Assembly (NCBI GenBank): GCA_001643675.2 | Contig: LSRY02000020.1 | Location: 992,001 to 1,056,000 of the forward strand | Reading direction: 5' to 3' | Length of the DNA: 64,000 nucleotides | DNA from: Monocercomonoides exilis PA203 | Taxonomy: Eukaryota; Protista; Preaxostyla | Shown: positions 50,252-62,405 of the stretch, one piece after another | Numbering within the stretch: the stretch's first letter is position 1 | How the letters are laid out: each line of letters opens with the position of its first letter | Notes under the pieces: generated by a model | What the model saw: the letters and a program-made list of their open reading frames with translations, nothing else | Databases searched by the model: none | Told to the model about the DNA's origin: nothing | Program-made: the position numbers and the translations under genes

Positions 50252-53200
50252 AGAAGAAGAAGAAGAAGAAGAAGAAATAGAAGATCAGAAACGACAATGA
50301 TTTGACAGAAGTTTATCGTTTTCATGAGCAAGAAATAAAAATCAGAATTAAATCCAGTTTGCACAAGTGTATTCATTAAATTACACTGAATTTCACAAAC
50401 TTTATTCAAAAAGTTTATTTAGAAATATTTCATGTTAAAAATTTGAAAAAAAATGAATTATAGATCACACATTCGATTCTCTTTTGAGTGTCAACTTTAT
50501 CTTATTTTGTGATAATTAAATAATAAGACAACGAACCAAAAATTTTGTAAATTTATTTTTGCTATTAATGAAAATCACATTATGAATAAATATTGCTTCA
50601 TAATGTTTATAATTTTGATTTTCAATATTATGTGTTGAATATGCAATCTCCTCATTATTGGATTTTTCTCTTATTCCATTGTTATGTTTGCGTTCTGAAT
50701 ATTCAAATGAAAAACAATTATAATTTTGAGAATTTTATCAAGTGTTGAACTCATTTGAAAATTGAAAATTACATGGAAAACATTTGTGTGGTCGAACAAT
50801 CATCGTGGAGAGGAGAGCTTCCAATAAAACGTCTCGAATATGAAAAGTGTGATCAATTTTGATGAAAATATAAATTATTTAGGATTTTAACCATTCTCTT
50901 TTTAGAAATATTCCATTAAAACGAAAACAATTCGTTCTTCCTATTAAAAAGAAATTCAACTCGAAACATTCATTTTTAAATGTCCTTTTTCTTTATTTCT
51001 TCAAATCAGTTTCTTATAATTTGAACAATCAATTATCTTCGTGAATTGAACAATTTTAATAAGAATATCATTTTCTTTTATATTCAATAGATTTCACATT
51101 AAGCTTTTAAATGTGAAATGCGCTAAACTTGATAATATTAATTCTTTGATATTCTTTTTGACTCGATCCTCACTTTTTGACTTTTGATCTATCTATTTTC
51201 CATTTCATGAAAATTTCATATTGAATTACTTTAATAAAGATGTTTTTATAACTAATTTTGTTTTCATAATTTCATATGTTAGAATATTCAATATTTAAAC
51301 AAAAGAGAGAGCTGGAAGAGGGAAAGCTCAAGCAAAGAGATCAAAGCTGACCCCTCATAAAATGTTTTCAAAGAAATGAATGTTCCATTCTTTTCAAGAA
51401 ATGTTTTCAAAAAAGAATGTGATTTAATTTTCAAATGCAAATTGTCTGAACATTCATTCAAACCCAAATGTGCGGGTTTGTGCTAATGTGCAGGTTTTCC
51501 GCACAACTATTAAAAATTGAATTTATTTTTCACCATTTTTTGTTTTTGAAACAAATTGTTCATCTACAATATGTTGTTTTCAGTGAAGATGTCTGAATGC
51601 AAAAATTTATTCCCATGTGTTTTCTGTAATAATAATAATAAACGTTGTTCCAATTTCATAAGAAATTAATTATTTACGGATTAAAAATTTTTGCTATGTT
51701 TTATTTCATATTATGTATTTGAATATTATTTTTCGAATTATCAGCTTTGCATCATGCAAAAAAAAAAAAAAAAAAAAAAAAAAGAAGAAGAAGAAGAAGA
51801 AGAAGAAGAAATAGAAGATCAGAAACGACAATGATTTGACAGAAGTTTATCGTTTTCATGAGCAAGAAATAAAAATCAGAATTAAATCCAGTTTGCACAA
51901 GTGTATTCATTAAATTACACTGAATTTCACAAACTTTATTCAAAAAGTTTATTTAGAAATATTTCATGTTAAAAATTTGAAAAAAAAATGAATTATAGAT
52001 CACACATTCGATTCTCTTTTGAGTGTCAACTTTATCTTATTTTGTGATAATTAAATAATAAGACAACGAACCAAAAATTTTGTAAATTTATTTTTGCTAT
52101 TAATGAAAATCACATTATGAATAAATATTGCTTCATAATGTTTATAATTTTGATTTTCAATATTATGTGTTGAATATGCAATCTCCTCATTATTGGATTT
52201 TTCTCTTATTCCATTGTTATGTTTGCGTTCTGAATATTCAAATGAAAAACAATTATAATTTTGAGAATTTTATCAAGTGTTGAACTCATTTGAAAATTGA
52301 AAATTACATGGAAAACATTTGTGTGGTCGAACAATCATCGTGGAGAGGAGAGCTTCCAATAAAACGTCTCGAATATGAAAAGTGTGATCAATTTTGATGA
52401 AAATATAAATTATTTAGGATTTTAACCATTCTCTTTTTAGAAATATTCCATTAAAACGAAAACAATTCGTTCTTCCTATTAAAAAGAAATTCAACTCGAA
52501 ACATTCATTTTTAAATGTCCTTTTTCTTTATTTCTTCAAATCAGTTTCTTATAATTTGAACAATCAATTATCTTCGTGAATTGAACAATTTTAATAAGAA
52601 TATCATTTTCTTTTATATTCAATAGATTTCACATTAAGCTTTTAAATGTGAAATGCGCTAAACTTGATAATATTAATTCTTTGATATTCTTTTTGACTCG
52701 ATCCTCACTTTTTGACTTTTGATCTATCTATTTTCCATTTCATGAAAATTTCATATTGAATTACTTTAATAAAGATGTTTTTATAACTAATTTTGTTTTC
52801 ATAATTTCATATGTTAGAATATTCAATATTTAAACAAAAGAGAGAGCTGGAAGAGGGAAAGCTCAAGCAAAGAGATCAAAGCTGACCCCTCATAAAATGT
52901 TTTCAAAGAAATGAATGTTCCATTCTTTTCAAGAAATGTTTTCAAAAAAAGAATGTGATTTAATTTTCAAATGCAAATTGTCTGAACATTCATTCAAACC
53001 CAAATGTGCGGGTTTGTGCTAATGTGCAGGTTTTCCGCACAACTATTAAAAATTGAATTTATTTTTCACCATTTTTTGTTTTTGAAACAAATTGTTCATC
53101 TACAATATGTTGTTTTCAGTGAAGATGTCTGAATGCAAAAATTTATTCCCATGTGTTTTCTGTAATAATAATAATAAACGTTGTTCCAATTTCATAAGAA

Positions 53201-54827
53201 ATTAATTATTTACGGATTAAAAATTTTTGCTATGTTTTATTTCATATTATGTATTTGAATATTATTTTTCGAATTATCAGCTTTGCATCATGCAAAAAAA
53301 AAAAAAAAAAAAAAAAAAAAAGAAGAAGAAGAAGAAGAAGAAGAAGAAATAGAAGATCAGAAACGACAATGATTTGACAGAAGTTTATCGTTTTCATGAG
53401 CAAGAAATAAAAATCAGAATTAAATCCAGTTTGCACAAGTGTATTCATTAAATTACACTGAATTTCACAAACTTTATTCAAAAAGTTTATTTAGAAATAT
53501 TTCATGTTAAAAATTTGAAAAAAAATGAATTATAGATCACACATTCGATTCTCTTTTGAGTGTCAACTTTATCTTATTTTGTGATAATTAAATAATAAGA
53601 CAACGAACCAAAAATTTTGTAAATTTATTTTTGCTATTAATGAAAATCACATTATGAATAAATATTGCTTCATAATGTTTATAATTTTGATTTTCAATAT
53701 TATGTGTTGAATATGCAATCTCCTCATTATTGGATTTTTCTCTTATTCCATTGTTATGTTTGCGTTCTGAATATTCAAATGAAAAACAATTATAATTTTG
53801 AGAATTTTATCAAGTGTTGAACTCATTTGAAAATTGAAAATTACATGGAAAACATTTGTGTGGTCGAACAATCATCGTGGAGAGGAGAGCTTCCAATAAA
53901 ACGTCTCGAATATGAAAAGTGTGATCAATTTTGATGAAAATATAAATTATTTAGGATTTTAACCATTCTCTTTTTAGAAATATTCCATTAAAACGAAAAC
54001 AATTCGTTCTTCCTATTAAAAAGAAATTCAACTCGAAACATTCATTTTTAAATGTCCTTTTTCTTTATTTCTTCAAATCAGTTTCTTATAATTTGAACAA
54101 TCAATTATCTTCGTGAATTGAACAATTTTAATAAGAATATCATTTTCTTTTATATTCAATAGATTTCACATTAAGCTTTTAAATGTGAAATGCGCTAAAC
54201 TTGATAATATTAATTCTTTGATATTCTTTTTGACTCGATCCTCACTTTTTGACTTTTGATCTATCTATTTTCCATTTCATGAAAATTTCATATTGAATTA
54301 CTTTAATAAAGATGTTTTTATAACTAATTTTGTTTTCATAATTTCATATGTTAGAATATTCAATATTTAAACAAAAGAGAGAGCTGGAAGAGGGAAAGCT
54401 CAAGCAAAGAGATCAAAGCTGACCCCTCATAAAATGTTTTCAAAGAAATGAATGTTCCATTCTTTTCAAGAAATGTTTTCAAAAAAGAATGTGATTTAAT
54501 TTTCAAATGCAAATTGTCTGAACATTCATTCAAACCCAAATGTGCGGGTTTGTGCTAATGTGCAGGTTTTCCGCACAACTATTAAAAATTGAATTTATTT
54601 TTCACCATTTTTTGTTTTTGAAACAAATTGTTCATCTACAATATGTTGTTTTCAGTGAAGATGTCTGAATGCAAAAATTTATTCCCATGTGTTTTCTGTA
54701 ATAATAATAATAAACGTTGTTCCAATTTCATAAGAAATTAATTATTTACGGATTAAAAATTTTTGCTATGTTTTATTTCATATTATGTATTTGAATATTA
54801 TTTTTCGAATTATCAGCTTTGCATCAT

Positions 54828-54867
<40 letters not shown>
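48670..54867. repeat. Tandem array of four ~1536-bp units joined by poly(A)-(GAA)n
   Basis: Units end in gcatcatgc at 50220, 51757, 53293 and 54829. Differences were noticed only in homopolymer lengths. Confidence 0.98.
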
Positions 54868-54874
<7 letters not shown>

Positions 54875-54984
54875 AAAGAAAAAATCATTTTTACAAAAGT
54901 TAATTCATATCAGGTTAACCAAATACGTATTAATTAAAGAAAATGGTTATATCATTTCAAAACTGATTTGTTTGTTATTCATAT

Positions 54985-55241
54985 GGGTGATTATTTTTGA
55001 AATCATATCTTTTTCGGAGTGTTGATTTTTCAAAGATTGTTTGTTTTTTGAAAGAAAATATTAATTCAATAGAGAAAAAGCATGATTATTGTTTTTAAAA
55101 ACAAATATTTTTCCGAATAAAAGATAAAAATGTCTTCAATAAGCCTTTTTTACTTTTCAACGTTTATATGTTTATATTCAATATAAATTTTTGGACCGAA
55201 AATTATTTTTGAAAAAAATATGATATCAAAAATAATCACCC
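54985..55241. mobile_element. MITE, family A-related subfamily, TSD ATAT
   Basis: ATAT|gggtgattatttttgaaatcata...tatgatatcaaaaataatcaccc|ATAT. Confidence 0.85.
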
Positions 55242-55899
55242 ATATAGAAGAAAATTTATTGACAACAAACGAATCAATTGTGAAATGCATGTGGAAATAA
55301 TAATCATTCTTTCATTTCAGCACAAGTTATAAAACTTTTGTTTTTTGAACAATTTCACAAATCATTCCGCAATTTTTGAATAAAGTTAATTTTTTGATAA
55401 AGTTATGCACTTTATTGAAATCACTAAAAATTGTTTTATTTCTGCATGTGTGCCTAAAAATAAAACTATTTTGTTTTTTTTTCTAATAATACAAAAATAT
55501 CATATTCACAGTTTCGTTTTATTTTTTTTTTTTGACTTTTATCTTTTTTTTGTTTCATATTAACAATAATGCTTGGAAAAAACATTAAAAAAATACAGAT
55601 GAAAAAATGTGAGACGAACACAATAAACAATTGAAAAGTTGAAAAGCCAACATTTGAAGACAAGAAAATGGGAACATTTTTGTTTCATTAATATCAAAAT
55701 TTTTTCGATCCTCAGAAAAGAATTCGAAAAAAAAGACAAAATTAAAGATAAATAGAAAGAAAAAAGTCTATGCAGTGGGATAATATAAAAATTTTTTTAT
55801 ATTGTTCAAAAGATATAAACACATCTCAATACTGAGAATGAATCATCATTGCATATCATATTCATTTTTATTCGCGTTTTTCCATATCTATCACTTTGA

Positions 55900-57340
55900 A
55901 ATCCTTCTTCATTGAGAAAATTGTTTTGAAAATCCTTAGACTTCATAAAGAGTTTAATTCCCGGTCTTTCTATTTTTTCTTCTTCTAGTTCAAATTTTTA
56001 TTTTCTCTTCTTGCACAAACAATTTTCATCTCGATCTGCATTCTGTGAAGAATCGATATCACACCCATAAGTTGATAAATATTTTCATTTCTTTTCTATC
56101 TTTGAATTGTTCACACATTTTTTTTATTTAATCCCTATTTTTCATCAGCGTTTCAACAATGCACACAGGATGAACATTTATTTATCGCTTTCAATATTTT
56201 CATTCATCTTCCTTTTTATTTTTCATTTCTTCTTTCATCCTATTTTCTTTTTCATCTTCTTTTTTGTCTTCCTAATTATCTTCATTTTCATCTTTCTTTT
56301 TAACTGTTTCTGAATTTGGATCTTCGTTATCAATGCATTCCCTAGAAGCATCTTCCTCTTTTGACATTCTATCAATATGTTGAGCCATCCGAAAAAGATC
56401 AACTATAACTATTTGTTTGTTTTCTTCATTTTTGCTGACAATTCCAGCTCTTCTGAACGCAGCTCCATTAATGATTGGAATTGTGAATAACTGTTAGCTT
56501 TTAACAATTCTTGTCAGGATATGTGCTTGTTGTCTTGATGGGAACAGAGATCGTAACTTGCGAAGATAATTTTTGAGGTTTGAGAATGAAACAAAATCAA
56601 AAGGAGGGAACAAATACGATGAATAAGGTGGAATGAAAATAATGCATATCTTGTTTTGCTCCATAACATGAAGGGCTTCTGCACAAGAATGTGCTCTGAA
56701 TCAGTCTGCAACAAGAACCAATTTTTTGTTTGGTTCATCCTTCAGCCAATTTATATGTGGAATGAAACAAATATTAAGCCACTCCAAAAAGATCTGTGAA
56801 GTTCAATAACCCTTGGATGAGTCTTTGATTACAACATCCACTCCATCAGTCAGATCTCCAAATATAAAAGATTGAACGGAAGCTGTTTTTTGCATTAGCA
56901 TAGGAACAACTGAAGGACCAATAAGAGGAATACACCCAATCAACGAAACCAGTTTTCCATCTCTAATTGCATTGTTTGAAACATTCTAATCATCGACTTC
57001 TTTTGGGCAAATGACTTTCATTTTTTTGGCGTCTTCAAAGTCTTGAATACCAGTTTCATCGACGCAAAAAACAAATTGAGGTTCCACATAATCCAAAATT
57101 TTGTCCAAGTTATTAACAAACTCTCGACAAAACGATAGCTTCACTTCTTTCATTTAAATATCCATTGGCTTTGCAAGCCTTTTTTCATATTTTGTCGTTG
57201 TAATTCAAAAGAAATTTTTGTACGAAAGAGTGGGAAACGCTCAAATAATAATTTGAGTTGATGAAGGTTTGAAATGAGGAAATAGTGAATGGTCATCTTT
57301 TGTTATCCACTGCTCATCAGAATTATGTGAACCGATGATG
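55900..57340 (-). mobile_element. pogo-like transposase pseudogene
   Basis: Minus strand: FVFCVDETG, decayed LVLVAD.F..H and LIPPYSSYLFPPFD, then a charged C-terminal tail. Confidence 0.75.
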
Positions 57341-57559
57341 CTTCTATATTTTTTTTATAATGAATGCTAAAGTCGAAAGCAAAAATATATCGATCAGAAA
57401 ATAACGAAATTATATTCAAGATTCATCGGGTTTTCTTTTAAAAAAAGGCTTGATCAATATAAAGAGATGTTTATTTTCATATTTTGCAGGAAATTATTTT
57501 CAAAAAAATGTGATCCGGAAAAAAAGGTTAATTTGCGAATGATAAAAGTATTAATACAA

Positions 57560-58585
57560 ACAAAGAAATAATACACAAACAAAACAAAATGACAAGAATT
57601 ACAAAGGGCTCGATTCAAAAGAAAATACATTAACTGTGCGATCAAGGAAAGTGAAGAAACGAAATTGCTCGTTTATTTAATATTTCAGTCAATACTGTAA
57701 AAAAACACATAAAAACAAACCATATACAATTAAAACGGCTTGTTAGAGGCAAACTCGGAAGGCCATTTTTTCTTTCGCCTGCTTTGTTGAGGAAAGCTTA
57801 AAAAGAATCAAAATACATGCAAATTCGAAGAGCCAGAGATCCAACCGATTATCTTGCTATGAATTGCAGCAATTCCACTGCTCATCTACTATTGCGCTTA
57901 ATTAGTAGAAAATATCCAAAGAGAAAAATCAAACATTTCCTATCAAAGAATGCTTGTAAGATGAGAAACGAATTTGCTGAAAAACATTTAAGGGATGATG
58001 AATTATGGAAACTCACTATCTTCGCAGATGTAAAAATTCAATTTATTTGGACCAGATAATACAAGAATGGAATGGATTGAAAAAGATAATGAGGAAATTT
58101 TCGATCATCAAAGTCAGAATAAACATGAAAAAATAAATATATGGGCTGCAGTGGGTTTTAATTTCAAATAACCAATCGTTTTTGTTATCGATACAATGAA
58201 TTCTGAGGAATATTGTCGTGTTTCGAAGTTTTCATTGATTCTTTATGCACGCAAGCGGTTCAAAAATAATTAGAGATTTATCCAAGACAATTCACCTATT
58301 CATCGATCAATTAAGGTGCAAAATCTTATCAAAGATTTTGCAATAACCAGCGTTGAATAGCCACTTTATTCTCCAGACTTAAATATCATCGAAAATGTGT
58401 GGAACATTTTGTCCAGGAAAGTTTTCAATGATGGAAAACCAAAGAAAGATGCGAATGAGCTGAAAAAATCAATTTTGGCTGCTTGGAATGAAATTGAAAT
58501 GGAAATAATTAATAAACTTGTTCATTCGATGTTCAAACGATTCAAAACAGTTATATTGAATAAAGGAGGATCGTTAAACTGTTAA
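57560..58585 (+). mobile_element. Tc1/IS630-type (DDE_3) transposase pseudogene
   Basis: HTH-like EIARLFNISVNTV, then WKLTIFAD, IWAAVG, FIQDNSPIH, *PLYSPDLNIIENVW and LVHSMFKR...KGG. Confidence 0.9.
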
Positions 58586-58889
58586 TATATTTTGAATATG
58601 CTATTGGTATTAATTCTTGAAATTAAATTAATTTTTGAAAATTCATATCACATATTTTTGACAAATAATTTTTTCTTTTTTCAGGAATATCGTTCTTTTT
58701 TTTGTTTTTGAAAAGAGAAAAAAAAATTATCTCTATTGCAAAGCATTAACGTGTTAGATAATAATTATTGTTGTATGTGATTATGGTCTTTATAAGCTGT
58801 TGGTTCAAATTTTCAATTTAAAAAGTGGATCAGTTGTTTTTGATGGTCAGTGTATTTATCATTGTAAAGCTCAACCAGTTCCTCCTCTT

Positions 58890-58952
58890 TTTCTATTTCC
58901 ATTTCTATTTCCATTTCTATCTCTATCTCTATTTCTATTTCTATTTCTATTT
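58890..58952. repeat. Hexamer microsatellite (CTATTT/CCATTT/CTATCT)n
   Basis: Directly visible. Gives the EIEIEI translation on the minus strand. Confidence 0.85.
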
Positions 58953-60474
58953 TATCTTCCTTTTTCTTCACCTGCGTGCTTTCATCACTATTATTTTCTC
59001 TTGTTAGAAATAAATTTTCATTCTTATTAACATTTTCGAAAGAATGAACCATTCAAAACATATAAAATTGAATTTTTCGTTTTACATCTTCATTATTAAT
59101 GATAGTTCCTGCTTTTCAAAATGTTTATTAGAATTAGTGCAAAACAGAAACGATCTATTATTTTTCTCAATTTGAGCAAGAATAAGCAACTGTCGTTTTG
59201 ATGAATTGTCGGTTATCAATTTTCTCAAAATGTTTTTCATTGAAGATTGTTAAATTGAATTGTCAAGGAAAACGAAAAAAAAAGTGTGAAGCGATATTGA
59301 TACAAAAATGTTTTAATTTTTGAATATTTATTATTATTTAGCAGATATTCTGTTTGAAGAAAAATAAAATAAAGAAGATAATAATTTTTTTAATATATTG
59401 CATATATAGGTGATAATTTCTTTATAATTCTATATCATTATTAGAAAATTGATTTTAAAGATTATCATCACATTTATCTTATGTGCCGCTTAGTCTTTCA
59501 AATTATCAATAACAAATGACCTATCTCATGGAAAGAAAACATTAATTTTCAGTTTAAAAGAAATAACTTAATACAAGCATTCATAGATATTTGTCATTAC
59601 ATTAATATCTTTTTTTATTTTTTTTCAATCAAAATTTTATAAAACATTTTGTTTTCCTTCAATGAAAAAATCTGACAAATTGCATTTTAAAACGTTAAGA
59701 AAAATGAACATTTTTGTGGTGAGATGAGTTATTTGTTGTAATTACAGAGGCATTGACAAAAAAAGACATCAAATTAAAACACTTTTAAACATCTTTCATA
59801 TTTGAATGATGACTCTGATAAAATGACAATTGATATTTGAAAGTCTTTGAGTTCCAACATAGAAAAAACTGTTTGCCATTATCATCATTCTGTTGCTCAT
59901 TGTAGCAATATTTTATTTGACAAAGCAAACAAGAAAGACAATAAATGCAATGTCAAAAAAGAAAAATGGCAATTTTTAAGAAATACATTTTTTTGAATCG
60001 AAACATGAAAAAAAAAATCGATTTTTCACATTCAATAATTAAAATAATCAAGAGATAAAATTTTTATGTGGATTATTTTTGTATTCGAAGTCTTTTTCGG
60101 TATGTTTGTGATAAGGAAAATCTTTGTGTGTGGAATGAAAATTATCATTAAAATACTTTTTAAGAGTTGCAATTATTGCCTAATCCAATCGAATTCAAAT
60201 AAAAGAAAGAAAAAATATTATTATTTGGAAAGTGAAAACTTTATTGTGTTTATTTTGAAAATGTTCGTAAATTTCAGATATGTCTAAAATTTTTAGAAAA
60301 GTTCAGCATATGCTCACTTTCCTTACTAGCCAAAAATAATTCAAACGACTTTGTTTTTCTTTACAAATTGTTGTAATGCTTAAATAACGTGTTAATAATC
60401 GCGGGTTTAAGTTATTTCAATTATTTAAAAGTGTCTTAAAAAAAAAAATTTTTTTTAAAATGATCAAAAATGTT

Positions 60475-61510
60475 ATGATTCAGAATATTCACTTGCATCT
60501 GCTCCATCTCCTGGTTCGTCATAATCTTCTTCATGAATTTCAACTGCCTTCTGCTCAATTTGGGGAACATCTGCTTCATCGTCTCATTTTCCATTATCAT
60601 TGTCATGGGGAAATACAGATTCTGTGAACTTGTAATTAGGAACATTCCTATCAAATTTTTGGAATAGCATATCTTTTTCATGTTGAAACAAAAATGAAGC
60701 AATAAAATTATCGATGAACTTTTCTTTGATTCCATAAGGAGGCAATGATCTTCTGAAATGAGACCAACAACCTTCTATCAAATAAGTGCATTCTCCTGTT
60801 TCTGTGTTTTTGAATTCGTATTTATGGCAAACTGTCAAATGTTTGAATCCATATTCATTCAAATACTTATACGCACCCCACTCATCACTGAAAATCGTTG
60901 TTCATTTCTGAATGCTGGCTTCAATGATGGGTTTCGAAGCATCCTTTTTTTTATTTGAAACACTGACAATAAAACATTCCACAACTTCATCATTTTCTTT
61001 TCTTTCTTCGAATCCAAAAAGCCAAATTCGTCACTTCTTTTTCCCTTTGTGGAACTTTCTTTTTCTCAGAATTGCCTCATCCATTTCCACAATACATACT
61101 TCTCCTCCAAGAATAAACCTCACACTCGACATTCGAATTCCGATTGATGCTCGAGCAACAGAATACCAATAACCGACTGTATTTCGACCAACTCTGGTCA
61201 AATATGAGCACTGATCAATTCGAAAATTTTGCTTGAAATGCAAAAAAACAAGAAATATTTTATTGATTTAAAGATGAATTCGATAAAAAGCTGTCTCCTT
61301 CAAATATGAAACGAATTTGTTGCATGTTGAACATCTCCATTATCGATTTGTTTCATCGACTGTTGATAATTTCATATATCTTCTACTAGATGGGTATTTT
61401 TTCGTTACATTGAAGTTGATAATATGAATGAACCACTCCCAACTTTTTTCCAAATCCTGAAAAAGCTCGTTATAATCAGTAACATCTGATTTCTTCTCAG
61501 AAACAAAAAA
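60475..61510 (-). mobile_element. Merlin/ISXO2-like transposase pseudogene, duplicate of the 28.6-29.5 kb copy
   Basis: Same ORFs at an offset of 32029 bp. Retains the acidic tail ending EPGDGADASEYS. Confidence 0.9.
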
Positions 61511-61754
61511 ACATGTGTGAAAAAATAATTAATTAACAATTAATTATTTTTGTTATTAATTCTTATATTAACAAAATTTCCATATTTTGTTCACAAATAA
61601 AAAATTTTATTTTGGACATTTTTGATCTTTTCAAAAAATTTTTCGTTTTTTCAATCCGATTTTCCAATATTAATTTGAATTTATAATTGCTTGTGATTAT
61701 ATTTTTTTGTTTCAATGAAATAAAATATATCAAAATTGTCATGTTAGGTCAAGT

Positions 61755-61985
61755 GTGCACTTTCCAAAAGTTCATTTTGTTAAATTTTTTTCTAAAAAAT
61801 TTAATATTTTGGTCAAATTTCAGTTCACACTCACCAAATTTTGCTGATATAAAAACAAAAACAAGATAATATTTTTTTTTCCTTTATATTGAAGTTTCGT
61901 GAGTGGGAACAGAAATTTGATCAAAATATGAAATTTTTTTTCGAAAAAAATAAAACTGAAGGAACTTTAAAAAAAAAAAGACATA
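61755..61985. mobile_element. Degenerate hairpin MITE related to 43780-44016
   Basis: Shares gagtgggaacagaaa.ttgatc.aaatatgaa and its inverted counterpart. Confidence 0.55.
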
Positions 61986-62012
61986 TCCGATATTTCAAAT
62001 GGTTGAATATGT

Positions 62013-62280
62013 GGGGGAAAATATGGACATTCAAGCTTTATTTGCACAAGGTTTTGAAAATTTTCTTCTCTCAAAACTTCATTTCTTTTTCTCAGATTTT
62101 CAAATAAATTAATTTTTCTTATCTGCAAATAGCTAACATCGATGATATTTCATTAAGAATTGATACATTTCATGAATATCAAAAAATGAACACTTTTTTA
62201 TTGAGTTTTTTGAACACAAAAAGCTTTTCAAAAGTGCATAAATTTTCAATGAAAATGCCTGAAGTCAAATATTTTGTTTC
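62013..62280 (+). mobile_element. MITE family B copy (268 bp), TSD ATGT
   Basis: ATGT|gggggaaaatatggacattcaagc...aaatattttgtttc|ATGT. Confidence 0.88.
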
Positions 62281-62405
62281 ATGTGTCAATACACACATCA
62301 AAAGGAGCCTAAGTGACAGATAAATTCAAAAGCTCTTCAAAAAAATTCCATTTAAAACTCTGAAAAAACAATCGCATCTGAAAATTTTTTAAATAAACAT
62401 TTCAT

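Noticed and set aside
48670-54867. CRISPR-like or rDNA array
   Set aside because: Units are 1.5 kb with no unique spacers, and no rRNA or tRNA signatures were seen.
57480-58680. TIRs of the Tc1 element (~57490-57535 and ~58625-58670)
   Set aside because: The match is loose and AT-rich with no clear TA TSD, so it is not supportable.
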